NCBI GenBank assembly: GCA_963588175.1 | Contig: CAVAGP010000004.1 | Location: 9,339-73,338, forward strand | Direction: 5' to 3' | DNA from: Faecalibacillus sp. | Lineage (GTDB): Bacteria > Bacillota_I > Bacilli_A > RFN20 > CAG-826 | Length of the DNA: 64,000 nt | Part shown: piece by piece, positions 1 to 8,745 of the stretch | Numbering within the stretch: the first letter of the stretch is position 1 | Layout: each line of letters begins with the position of its first letter | The notes under the pieces: generated by a model | What the model saw: only the letters and a program-made list of their open reading frames with translations | The model's database searches: none | Told to the model about the DNA's origin: nothing | Program-made: the position numbers and the translations under genes

Positions 1-24
1 CAAGATACTAAAGGAGGCGACTAA
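1..24 (+). CDS. 3' end of an upstream ORF (partial, ...QDTKGGD-stop)
   Basis: Frame 1 is open from the window edge to TAA at 22-24. The 3' end overlaps the AAGGAGG ribosome-binding site of the next gene. Confidence 0.3.
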   Translation, partial: QDTKGGD

Positions 25-26
25 AG

Positions 27-1025
27 ATAAAGACTCCAATAAACACGTATTTTGATACAAAAAAGTGTATTTGTTGTCGGCAAGATAGACCGCTTGCCGA
101 CTTTTGCCGCACTACCATACCATTCTATAAAGATGGCTACTACCCCGTATGCGGCACCTGTATAGACGAACAATTAAAGACCGAGGATAAATATCCCTGG
201 GATAAACTCGATCATCTCTGTCAGATAATCAATATTCCATGGATTCCGGCGCGCTTCGAAGAAATACACGAGCTAAACGAGTCTAAACCCTTTCTCGTCT
301 ATTCCCAACTATTCGAGAACGATGAATACCGAGGTTTAAACTGGGCGCAATACTACAGTATCTTTAAAGAGCTGGAGGAGAAGAACGTCATCGAAGATGA
401 GCTGCCACGACTAAAGGAAACCCGACATGAGGAACTTATTCAGAAGTGGGGCGGCAACTATGATGACGAAGCTCTAAACTATCTTGAGTCCCTTTATAAT
501 GGACTCCTCTCCACCCAAAACGTCAACGGCGCACTCCAAGGCGACCAAGCTTTAAAGCTATGCAAAATATCATATGAGATTGACTGCCGCATTCGTGAAG
601 GCGTCGACTTCGACAAATACCTTAGCGCCTATGATAAGCTCGTTAAAGTAGCAGGATTCACGCCCAAAAACGCCAAGAACCTAAACGATTTCGATACTAT
701 CGGCGAACTATTGAAGTGGCTTGAAAAAGGAGGGTGGCGCGCTCGTTATTATGACGGGGCCACACGAGATGTAGTAGACGAAACAATGAAGAATATACAG
801 AACCATAATCAACGCCTATATGTGAACGAGACCGGCATCGGTGACGAGATTACTCATCGCCTAGAAAACTTGAAGTCAGCGCAACAACTAGAATCCTACT
901 ATAACACAGATAAAGAGCATGATTTAGAGTCCTATGATAACGATGGCTTCAACGAACTCTTCAAAGATGACGAAGAAGAAGACTTTCAAGGAGGTTTAAA
1001 TTCTAATGAAAAGAAATTTAATTGA
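27..1025 (+). CDS. Zn-ribbon protein, putative terminase small subunit (position-based); start codon uncertain
   Basis: Frame 3 is open from 12 to 1025. The N-terminal region has a CxCC...CxxC pattern (KKCICC...VCGTC). The gene lies immediately upstream of terL and overlaps it. There is no ATG/GTG/TTG in frame before TTG711. The start is placed at ATA27, 9 nt after a perfect AAGGAGG (11-17). Confidence 0.45.
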   Translation: MKTPINTYFDTKKCICCRQDRPLADFCRTTIPFYKDGYYPVCGTCIDEQLKTEDKYPWDKLDHLCQIINIPWIPARFEEIHELNESKPFLVYSQLFENDEYRGLNWAQYYSIFKELEEKNVIEDELPRLKETRHEELIQKWGGNYDDEALNYLESLYNGLLSTQNVNGALQGDQALKLCKISYEIDCRIREGVDFDKYLSAYDKLVKVAGFTPKNAKNLNDFDTIGELLKWLEKGGWRARYYDGATRDVVDETMKNIQNHNQRLYVNETGIGDEITHRLENLKSAQQLESYYNTDKEHDLESYDNDGFNELFKDDEEEDFQGGLNSNEKKFN

Positions 1026-2061
1026 CCCCCATAGAGAACTTACATCTGCCGCCGCCATAAAAAAAGGCGAAAGAGATGGCATAGTGGTAGAAAAATCAGT
1101 CGCTCTTAGTGAAGACTGGGTAGAACGCAATCGAAAGAATCTCGAAAGTATGGCTGATTGGTGGATTGCCTATCCAGACCTATTCCTTGATCTCATCAAA
1201 CCCGCGGATTCCGAATTCGACCTCTTTTTCTATCAGCGTATCTTTTTGCGCGCAGTCATGCGCTACAGAGAAGTATATGTTTGCGCCACTCGCGCATTCA
1301 GTAAGACCTTCATTTCTATATTGGCGGAGTTCCTGCAGTGCGTTTTCATTCCTGGGACTCGTCGCTTTATAGTGGCGCCGCACAAGAACCAGGCGGCCAG
1401 TATAGCCAAGCAAAAGATAGAGGAAATATATCAGCATTGGCCCCTATTGAAGAAAGAGGTTATCGGATGGGAGCTAAACGAGGTCCCCGGCAACTTTGGC
1501 AAAGATTATGTCTCCATCAAGTTCCGCAATGGTTCCTATTTTGACGTTGTTGGTGGCGATGGTGCTCGTGGCCTTCGTAGGCACGGCGGCCTGCTAGATG
1601 AGGTCAGAGACGCCGATGAAATACAAATTCAAGAAGTTATCATACCTCTAATGAACGTATCTCGTCGATTACCTGACGACACCGTTAATCCCAAAGAGCC
1701 CAACCAACAACAAATAATCTGTACTTCTGCGGGGGTCAAATCCTCTTATGCCTATGAACGATTAATAGACTGTTTGGAGAATTCGATCATCGATCCCCAA
1801 AGTTCTTTTGTCTTTGGATGCGACTATCGAGTGCCGGCGATGCATGGATTAATTGATGCCAACTACATAAACAAGTTAAAATCTTCCCCCTCTTACGACG
1901 AGCAAGCATTCGCGCGCGAGTATCTCGGCATTTGGGGAGGTTCAAGCGAAGACTCCTGGTATAATTTTGATAAATTATCAAGGTATAGAAGATTAAAGAA
2001 TCCAGAAATGCGCGCAAAATTTAGACTGGGGAGCAACCAATTCTACTTAATATCGGTGGAT
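1006..2061 (+). CDS. terL: terminase large subunit, exon 1 (ATPase domain)
   Basis: Walker A-like CATRAFSKT, Walker B-like GGLLDEVRD and a TSAG coupling motif are present. Conserved sequence stops at ...FYLISVD, after which the ORF runs into intron sequence (KLDVPLLSD-stop). U2061 within GGAU can pair with guide GUCC at 2071-2074. Confidence 0.8.
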
Positions 2062-3292
2062 AAACTAGATGTCCCTTTACTAAGTGATTAGTAAAGCAAA
2101 TTTTCTTAAACGCGGGAAACGCTTAAAGCTTGATATACTAAAGTAATAACGCCTCATTATTACAATGTTACGAAAGTAGAAACAAATATCAAGATGGTAT
2201 ATGGAGCAATCCTAAGTACTAAAAAGAGCCAATCCGCACCAATTAGGGAGGCACTATGAAAATAGTAACAATAGAAGAAATAACTAATAGAATAGAAGAA
2301 AAGTTCCCAAATGAACCTTTCGAAATTGTTGAATATACTAGAGTTTCTAAGTCTTTTGCTATTAGATGCTTAAAATGTGGAAATACCTATCATTATTCTT
2401 CTTTTAATAATTATTTTAATGCCAAAAGAAAAGGGATATGTCCTTGTTATAATTCAAAAAATAATATCACTAAACATAAGAATACTTTAGAACAAATTCA
2501 AAAAAGGGTTCAAAATAATCCAGAAATTGAATTTATAGAATATTGGCATAATTCTGATACTCAAAAAAATATGGTCTGTGTCAAGTGTTTAAAGTGCGAA
2601 CAAATTTATAGCAAACCTCTTAGTGAATTTTTGAAGAATGACAAATGCCCTTTTTGTATAGGACGAGAGTCATTGAATACTCAAGCAGTAAAAGCTCTAT
2701 TACCGGCTGAATATGAGCTGTTAGATGAGTATAAGTCTACCAATCAAAAAGTTCATGTTAGGCATAAATGCGGTTTTATATGGGCTGTTAAAGTTAAAAC
2801 TTTATATAACTCAGTAGGATGCCCACACTGCAATAAAAAAGAGAGCAAAGGAGAACAAAAAATCACGCAATGGCTATTAAATAATGGTTATGATTTTTAT
2901 ACTGAATACTCCTTTAAATGGCAATCTAATGTTAGGAGACGATACGATTTTTATATTCCAGATTTTAACTTAATTATTGAATATATGGGCGAACAGCACT
3001 ATCATAAAAATTCATATTTTAAACTTCCGTTAGAAGAGCAGCAAAAGATAGATAAAGAAAAAGAATTAGAAGCTGAGCAGCAACACATGAATTATTTAAT
3101 TATTGGTTATTTTGATTATTCTAATATTGATACAATCTTAACTAATTGGTTCAACGACTATCCTGAAAAGGAGTAGACTCAAGCGAGTCGAAATAGAAAA
3201 CATCTTTTTAAGATGATGATATAGTCTTATCTATGTGGAAACATATAGCCGCGAAAGCGCGTATAACTTAGCGAGTTATACGGAAAATAATG
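2062..3292 (+). mobile_element. group I intron 1 (in terL), carrying a homing-endonuclease ORF between Q and R (P6 region)
   Basis: Core elements: P-like AAACGCGGGAAAC 2108-2120, Q AATCCGCACC 2231-2240, R GTTCAACGACTA 3149-3160, S GATGATATAGTC 3215-3226. Three 3' hairpins follow, then ...AAAATAATG with a terminal G at 3292. Removal rejoins terL in frame. Confidence 0.85.
2256..3176 (+). CDS. intron-encoded putative homing endonuclease: repeated zinc ribbons plus a C-terminal Vsr/DUF559-like PD-(D/E)xK nuclease domain
   Basis: RBS GGGAGG lies upstream of ATG2256. Several CxxC...CxxC pairs are present. The C-terminus reads RRYDFYIPDFNLIIEYMGEQHY, the (Y/F)DF...IE(Y/F)xGxQH pattern of Vsr/DUF559-type nucleases. 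The ORF is very AT-rich relative to the flanks, and its 3' end overlaps the R element. Confidence 0.6.
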   Translation: MKIVTIEEITNRIEEKFPNEPFEIVEYTRVSKSFAIRCLKCGNTYHYSSFNNYFNAKRKGICPCYNSKNNITKHKNTLEQIQKRVQNNPEIEFIEYWHNSDTQKNMVCVKCLKCEQIYSKPLSEFLKNDKCPFCIGRESLNTQAVKALLPAEYELLDEYKSTNQKVHVRHKCGFIWAVKVKTLYNSVGCPHCNKKESKGEQKITQWLLNNGYDFYTEYSFKWQSNVRRRYDFYIPDFNLIIEYMGEQHYHKNSYFKLPLEEQQKIDKEKELEAEQQHMNYLIIGYFDYSNIDTILTNWFNDYPEKE

Positions 3293-4030
3293 GTTGGTAG
3301 ATTGCATGACCAGTCCGTAGCAACAATCTTTAAAGTAACAATCTCTAAAGAAGGTCGCTACGTATGCTCAGTAGTAAATATCGAGGTTCTTGGTAAAACA
3401 CCAGAGACTCGTCCCTTTAAAGTCCAAGCACTTGACATTAAAAAATTAATCGACCGCTATAATCCGCGCGAAGTCGTAATAGACTGCAATGGCTTAGGAG
3501 TTGGCTTAGCTGATGAAATGATTCAAGAGCATTGGGATGAAAAAGGAAAATACTATCCACCCTATGGATTCTTCAATAATGACGACTACAAGAAGATCCA
3601 ACCTCCGGATGCGATTTGCATCCTCTACAGCATGAAGGCGAATGGACCTCTAAAATCGAAAATAAACAGCAATGCTTATAATCGATCTACTAATGGTTCC
3701 GTTCGATTTCTAATAAAGGAGCAAGAGGCCAAAAGTGCCTTGCTCGCCACTAAAGAAGGTCAAAAAATGAAGCTACCAGACCGTGTACAGCGACTGATGC
3801 CTCATGAAATGACCACTAAACTTTTTGATGAAATGGCTAACCTACGATTAAAGAAGACGGGGACGTTAGATGTTGTTCTCGAGCCAATCAATACTCGGTA
3901 TCCAGACGATAAGTATTATTCGTATGCTTACGGACTGTATCGGATAAAGGAATTGGAGGAGGAGAATAGCAAAAAGCATCGCCGCAGAAATAACGGTCCT
4001 AGGAAGCTTATTTTCTATTCAGGAGGATAA
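3293..4030 (+). CDS. terL: terminase large subunit, exon 2 (nuclease domain)
   Basis: The join gives ...YLISVD|VGRLHDQSVATIFKV..., the typical first catalytic-Asp strand of the terminase RNase H-like nuclease. It is in frame with exon 1 (352 + 245 aa). Confidence 0.8.
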   Translation, partial: VGRLHDQSVATIFKVTISKEGRYVCSVVNIEVLGKTPETRPFKVQALDIKKLIDRYNPREVVIDCNGLGVGLADEMIQEHWDEKGKYYPPYGFFNNDDYKKIQPPDAICILYSMKANGPLKSKINSNAYNRSTNGSVRFLIKEQEAKSALLATKEGQKMKLPDRVQRLMPHEMTTKLFDEMANLRLKKTGTLDVVLEPINTRYPDDKYYSYAYGLYRIKELEEENSKKHRRRNNGPRKLIFYSGG

Positions 4031-5553
4031 TGATGGAAGAAAGCAAAGATATTGCACAAGAAAAGAAAGTAATTACAGAAGCTACTAATCCGGCCGCCGG
4101 CGGTCCTGCCACCTTCAAGAAGATGACAGACAGCATGATCGGTGTTAGCGAAACTGCATATCAGAAGTATGCGCACTATTTGCGGCGGTCTGATGTAAGA
4201 GAATATTCTAAGCAAGATGTAGCCAACATCATTAACTATGGCACAGTTGAAGCTCAAAGAAAATTATCTCAGGACTATTTCTTTAGCAATGGTTTATACA
4301 GATCTCTCGTATTATATTACGCCACCCTGCTTAAATATACCGGCATTCTAATTCCTAATCCAAAGTTAGGCCACAATCTCTCCGAAAAAAAGATTGCTAA
4401 GCGTTATTTTGAAGCAGAAGACGTTCTCAATAAAATGAATCTGCCACAGGTCTTCCCTGACATTGCAGTTAGAGTATTTAGAGATGGTGCATATTATGGT
4501 GCAATCCGCACTTTAGATAAAGATAATTTTTCCTACGTAGATTTGCCGACCAACTATTGTATTTCTCGATACAAAGATTCAAAAGGCAACTACATTGTCG
4601 AATTTAATTTGGCTTTCTTTGACCATATTAGCAATGGAGAAGAGCGCGCAAACGCTTTTCGTGGCTATCCGAAACTCTTTAAGCGTGCTTATGATAAGTG
4701 GAAAAAGAAGGACGGCGCGCAATGGATATTCCTTCCTACAGATATTGGCTTCTGTTTTAACGTTTTCGAAGACGCGAGACCTATGCTTTTGAGCGTTATC
4801 CCTACTACTATTGATTATGACGACGCAGTAGAAACAGAGCAAGAACGCGATGCAGAAGAAATAAAGAAGATTATCGTTCAGAAAGTTCCTCACATCGCCA
4901 CAACAGGTGAATTAGTATTTGAGCCGGATGAGGCAGAAGAAATGCACCGTGGCGCAGTAAAGATGATGGATGCCAATCCTAATGTTAGCGTTCTTACTAC
5001 TTATGCCGATGTAGACTCCATTGTTTCTAAAACTGCGAATGATTCGTCAACTAACATCCTTGAAGTTATGCTAGAGGCCGTTTACAGCGACAGTTCCGTA
5101 AGTGGCCAATTACTTGGCTATCAGACGGGCGCGCAGTTAGAAAAAGCGATCAACACAAATATCGCGACAGTTATGTTACTGGCGCGCAAGTTTGCGAGAT
5201 TTGCTGAAAATGTGATAAACCGCATATATAGTAGTAGCAATCTTTCTTTTAGTTATGAGATACTTCCAATCTCATACCAAAACGATGATGATTATCTTAC
5301 CAAGGCTCTTCAAATGGCGAATAGTGGCTATTCGTTCTTGCTGCCGGCAGCGGCGATGGATCTTTCTCCTCGCAACTTGCGCGACATCAAAGATCTTGAA
5401 AACACGCTTCTCGAACTAACCGATAAGTTGATTCCGCTCCAGACCTCTTATACCCAGTCGGGCGCTGAGAGCAATGGAGAAGTCGGCGCACCTAAAAAAG
5501 ATGTCGACGATAAAGCCGAAAAAACTATTCAAAATGAAGAATCGCAAGGATGA
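4030..5553 (+). CDS. portal protein (position and size based)
   Basis: A 507-aa ORF overlaps the terL stop and has an RBS (AGGAGG). This is the canonical position between terminase and scaffold/capsid. Confidence 0.6.
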   Translation: MMEESKDIAQEKKVITEATNPAAGGPATFKKMTDSMIGVSETAYQKYAHYLRRSDVREYSKQDVANIINYGTVEAQRKLSQDYFFSNGLYRSLVLYYATLLKYTGILIPNPKLGHNLSEKKIAKRYFEAEDVLNKMNLPQVFPDIAVRVFRDGAYYGAIRTLDKDNFSYVDLPTNYCISRYKDSKGNYIVEFNLAFFDHISNGEERANAFRGYPKLFKRAYDKWKKKDGAQWIFLPTDIGFCFNVFEDARPMLLSVIPTTIDYDDAVETEQERDAEEIKKIIVQKVPHIATTGELVFEPDEAEEMHRGAVKMMDANPNVSVLTTYADVDSIVSKTANDSSTNILEVMLEAVYSDSSVSGQLLGYQTGAQLEKAINTNIATVMLLARKFARFAENVINRIYSSSNLSFSYEILPISYQNDDDYLTKALQMANSGYSFLLPAAAMDLSPRNLRDIKDLENTLLELTDKLIPLQTSYTQSGAESNGEVGAPKKDVDDKAEKTIQNEESQG

Positions 5554-5573
5554 TAATCTAGGGAGGCTCCGAA

Positions 5574-6992
5574 ATGAATACACCTAAAGAGTTCTCCGTT
5601 ACGGTTTATGAAGAACCACAACCTTTTAGTCCAGTAATTTCTAAATCTCGTTGTCGTATTTTTTACAAATACAAGAATAGAAATGGGGGCTTTATCTCCG
5701 ATGAGTTCGCGGAAAAACTTCTCCAAACACTTCCATACACACCTGTTAAGGGTATCTACGAAGATATTGGAGAAGATTTCCTCGATCATGGGAACGAAAG
5801 GAGCGAAGGCCGCATATACGGTATCGTTCCTGAGAACCCCAATTTCGCATGGGAACAGCACGTTGACGAAGACGGCGTGACGCGAACCTATGCGTGCGCA
5901 GATGTCTTACTCTTCACGGGATTATATAAGGAAGCAAATGAAATTACTGGAAAAGCTCAGTCCATGGAACTATATGAGCCTTCTATTCGTGGTAAGTGGG
6001 CGCAGATCGGCGGCCAACAATACTATGTCTACGAAGATGCTTGTTTCTTAGGGCTGCAAGCTCTTGGCGATGAGGTAGAGCCGTGCTTTGAAGGCGCGAG
6101 CTTCTTCTCTCTTCTGCCAGAAGCAAGGGGTTTGGTCGAAGAGATAAAACAGTATAATCTCTCTCAGAACCAAAAAGAAGGAGGAAATACAAAGATGCAA
6201 AAGGTGAATTTTAAATTATCTGATGCAGAAAAGTTTGATGCTCTTTGGACAGCCTGTAATCCTGACTTCAATGAAGAAGGAAATTGGACTGTTGTAAAGA
6301 ACATCTGTTCCGTATATGACGACTATGCGGTTTGCATCAACTTTGAAACTGGCTCTTATGAAAGAGTTTATTATACAAAGACGGAAGATGACAAAGTAGA
6401 ACTCGGTATGATCGAAGAGTGCTTTGTTGTCGACATTACGAAAGAAGAGAAAGCTACTCTCGATGCTATTCAGAAGCTGAATGGCGGTTCCTTCGCTAAG
6501 GCCGAAGAAGTTTACACAGTTCTTGAGGACGTAAAGGCTTCTTTCGCTGAGCTGAAGGATTCTGTTGAAGCCGACAAAGAAAAGTTTGCCGCAATTGAAC
6601 AGAAAAATGAAGAGAACGAAGCTGCAATCTCTACTTTAAAGACAGAGAGAGATGCGCTCCAGACAGAAAAGACTGAACTTGAAACTTCTGTCGCATCTTT
6701 AAATAGCGAGATTAATGAACTGAAAGAGTTCAAATTGGCCGTAGAAAAGAAAGCGAAAGAAGAAGTTATTGCTTCCTATTCCGACAATCTTTCCGATGAG
6801 GTCGTTGACAAGTTTACTGCCGAAATGGATAATTTCACAGCAGAAGAACTTGAAAAGGAACTCGTATTCGCGCTTGCTAAATCCAATCCTGCTATCTTCT
6901 TTAAGCGCCCGGAAAGCGCTCCAATTCCCCTGAACAACTCTGTTCCACTTTCCGGCCTGGAAGCAATGTTGGAAAAATACAAAAATAAATAA
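5574..6992 (+). CDS. scaffolding protein (possibly an N-terminal prohead-protease-like domain fused to a coiled-coil scaffold)
   Basis: The 472-aa ORF has a highly charged C-terminal half with heptad-like repeats (ELKDSVEADKEKFAAIEQKNEENEAAISTLKTERDALQTEKTELE...). It lies between portal and capsid. Confidence 0.5.
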   Translation: MNTPKEFSVTVYEEPQPFSPVISKSRCRIFYKYKNRNGGFISDEFAEKLLQTLPYTPVKGIYEDIGEDFLDHGNERSEGRIYGIVPENPNFAWEQHVDEDGVTRTYACADVLLFTGLYKEANEITGKAQSMELYEPSIRGKWAQIGGQQYYVYEDACFLGLQALGDEVEPCFEGASFFSLLPEARGLVEEIKQYNLSQNQKEGGNTKMQKVNFKLSDAEKFDALWTACNPDFNEEGNWTVVKNICSVYDDYAVCINFETGSYERVYYTKTEDDKVELGMIEECFVVDITKEEKATLDAIQKLNGGSFAKAEEVYTVLEDVKASFAELKDSVEADKEKFAAIEQKNEENEAAISTLKTERDALQTEKTELETSVASLNSEINELKEFKLAVEKKAKEEVIASYSDNLSDEVVDKFTAEMDNFTAEELEKELVFALAKSNPAIFFKRPESAPIPLNNSVPLSGLEAMLEKYKNK

Positions 6993-7009
6993 ATTGGAGG
7001 AATATACAT

Positions 7010-7570
7010 ATGGCTCTTCAGAGACTTGCTATTGACGGTTACGGTCAATTAGAACTCAACAATGTGGCCTTCCGCAGAGACGGCCGCATTGAAGCCCAGT
7101 GTGCACTGGATGCCACTGATTTCGCTGAAGTGCCGGCAGAAAACGGCATGGTACTTGCCGTAGATAAGGCTGCCCGCACTGTAAAATTCTGGGATGGAAC
7201 ATCTGACTATCCTCTTGCTATTGCTTATTCTAGTGAACATCTATATGATGAACGTAAGCAGGGCCTGAAGGATTTCGCCCTTACTCCGAATGATGTTTAT
7301 CCGAGACTTGGTTATCTTGCTAAAGGTGAAACCTTTACTACTAATACTGTTTGCTACGATAGTGGCGAATTTGCAGACGACGACGCTCTTAAGGTTGCCG
7401 CCGAAGCTGCTGAAACTACTCCGCTCTATGCTGGCATTACTGCCGACAGCAAGGGTGCTTGGAAGGTTACTGCCACCAAGCCGACTGCTGGCGTAGTAGC
7501 TAAAGTAGTAAAATCTACAACTATGCCCGATGGACAGTACGCTGTAAAGCTGCACGTCCTGGTAGACTAA
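7010..7570 (+). CDS. hypothetical head protein (decoration/auxiliary capsid protein?)
   Basis: A 186-aa ORF with an RBS (GGAGG) lies directly upstream of the major capsid gene. No motif was recognised. Confidence 0.35.
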   Translation: MALQRLAIDGYGQLELNNVAFRRDGRIEAQCALDATDFAEVPAENGMVLAVDKAARTVKFWDGTSDYPLAIAYSSEHLYDERKQGLKDFALTPNDVYPRLGYLAKGETFTTNTVCYDSGEFADDDALKVAAEAAETTPLYAGITADSKGAWKVTATKPTAGVVAKVVKSTTMPDGQYAVKLHVLVD

Positions 7571-7589
7571 TCAGAGGGAGGTTTGAATA

Positions 7590-8639
7590 ATGGCTGATAT
7601 TAAAGAACTTAAAGAATTAGCTCTGCACGCAGCTAGAGGCACTGCTCCGGCAAACTTTACCTCCGAAAACGTTAATGACGCTTTTGTTGGCGAACTGTCT
7701 GCTCTTTGCACGGGCTACCACAATTTTGAAAAGAATAAGCACGATGTTTATCAGATTATGGAAGAAACAATTGATGAAATCGTTCCGAATAAAGTAATTA
7801 GTGCTCTTTCTCCGTTCGCCGAAGTAAAGATTGTTCCGCAGGGACAGAAAGCTACTTTCCGCGTTCGCAAGGGTAAGAATCGTGCTAAGAAATTCCTGAC
7901 CCAGGTTGGTCTCTCCGGCGTATATGAGACTTTCCGTCTTGATACTGCCACTTTTGACGTTTCTGCACACGCAGTTGGCGGCGCCGCCACCATTGACTTC
8001 GAAAGAATGCTTGATGGCGCAGAAGATCTTGCCGAAGTAATGGCTATTGTTACCGAAGGACTGGAAGATGCCGCTTACCTGGAAGTACAGAAGGCTTTGA
8101 TTGCCGCCGCCAATGCTTCTAACCGTCCGGCTGCTAACAAGGTTACTGTTAGTGCTTGGGACGCTGATGCAATGGTTAAACTATGTAATGTCGTTAAGGC
8201 ATATGGCACTGGTGCAACTATCTTTGCTACTCCGGAATTTATTAGCGCTATGGGTCCTGATCAGATTGTTCCGGTTGCTATTGCCGGCGCTCAGGGCATT
8301 TACTCTCCGGACGATATCGATGCTATCCATAAGACTGGTTACATCAATATTTTCCGTGGCAATACTGTCGTTGAAATCCCGCAGTCTTTCATCGACGAAA
8401 ACAATGATAAAACTTGGTTTAATCCGCAGTACGCTTACGTTCTGCCGGCGGGCGGCGAAAAGATTGTTAAGTTCGTATTCGAAGGTACCACTCAGCTGAG
8501 AGACTGGGATAATAAGGACGGCTCCAAGGAAGTTCACGTATATAAGAAGCTGGGTTCCGCAGTTCTGACCAATCACAACTGGGGCATTTATCAGAACACT
8601 GGCATCACCGATACTTCCGATCATCCGTACGGTTATTGA
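7590..8639 (+). CDS. major capsid protein
   Basis: A 349-aa ORF with an RBS (GGGAGG) follows the scaffold. Composition is Ala/Gly/Val-rich and codon usage looks high-expression. A strong intrinsic terminator follows. Confidence 0.7.
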   Translation: MADIKELKELALHAARGTAPANFTSENVNDAFVGELSALCTGYHNFEKNKHDVYQIMEETIDEIVPNKVISALSPFAEVKIVPQGQKATFRVRKGKNRAKKFLTQVGLSGVYETFRLDTATFDVSAHAVGGAATIDFERMLDGAEDLAEVMAIVTEGLEDAAYLEVQKALIAAANASNRPAANKVTVSAWDADAMVKLCNVVKAYGTGATIFATPEFISAMGPDQIVPVAIAGAQGIYSPDDIDAIHKTGYINIFRGNTVVEIPQSFIDENNDKTWFNPQYAYVLPAGGEKIVKFVFEGTTQLRDWDNKDGSKEVHVYKKLGSAVLTNHNWGIYQNTGITDTSDHPYGY

Positions 8640-8646
8640 TTAAAAT

Positions 8647-8675
8647 TTGACACTAGATAACTTTTAGTGTATAAT
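8647..8675 (+). promoter_or_regulatory. consensus sigma-A/sigma-70-type promoter (TTGACA - 17 nt - TATAAT)
   Basis: TTGACA is at 8647-8652, the spacer is exactly 17 nt, and TATAAT is at 8670-8675. Confidence 0.6.
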
Positions 8676-8678
8676 AGT

Positions 8679-8716
8679 GTGGAAGGGAGGAGAATGCCTT
8701 TCTTCCACATTTTTTA
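8679..8716 (+). terminator. intrinsic terminator after the capsid gene
   Basis: A 12-bp stem (GTGGAAGGGAGG / CCTTTCTTCCAC, two G-U pairs) has loop AGAATG and is followed by ATTTTTTAT. Confidence 0.7.
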
Positions 8717-8745
8717 TCACTGGAGTAAAAAGGAGATGACTAGAT

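Noticed and set aside
1-40. Programmed -1 frameshift fusing the upstream ORF (stop 22-24) to the zinc-ribbon ORF.
   Set aside because: No X XXY YYZ slippery heptamer lies in the 12-24 overlap. The SD-like AAGGAGG is better explained as the RBS of a separate gene. I keep this only as an alternative in the ATA-start finding.
2062-2091. C-terminal tails of the track ORFs that read past the 5' splice sites. These are KLDVPLLSD (2062-2091), KPRNCLLAA (15543-15572), EQKSYAA (19359-19382), the single stop after RY (20843-20845) and KN (53172-53164, - strand).
   Set aside because: These residues follow a U that pairs with an internal guide sequence, break conserved protein motifs and run into ribozyme P1/P2 sequence. 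I interpret them as intron read-through, not coding sequence.
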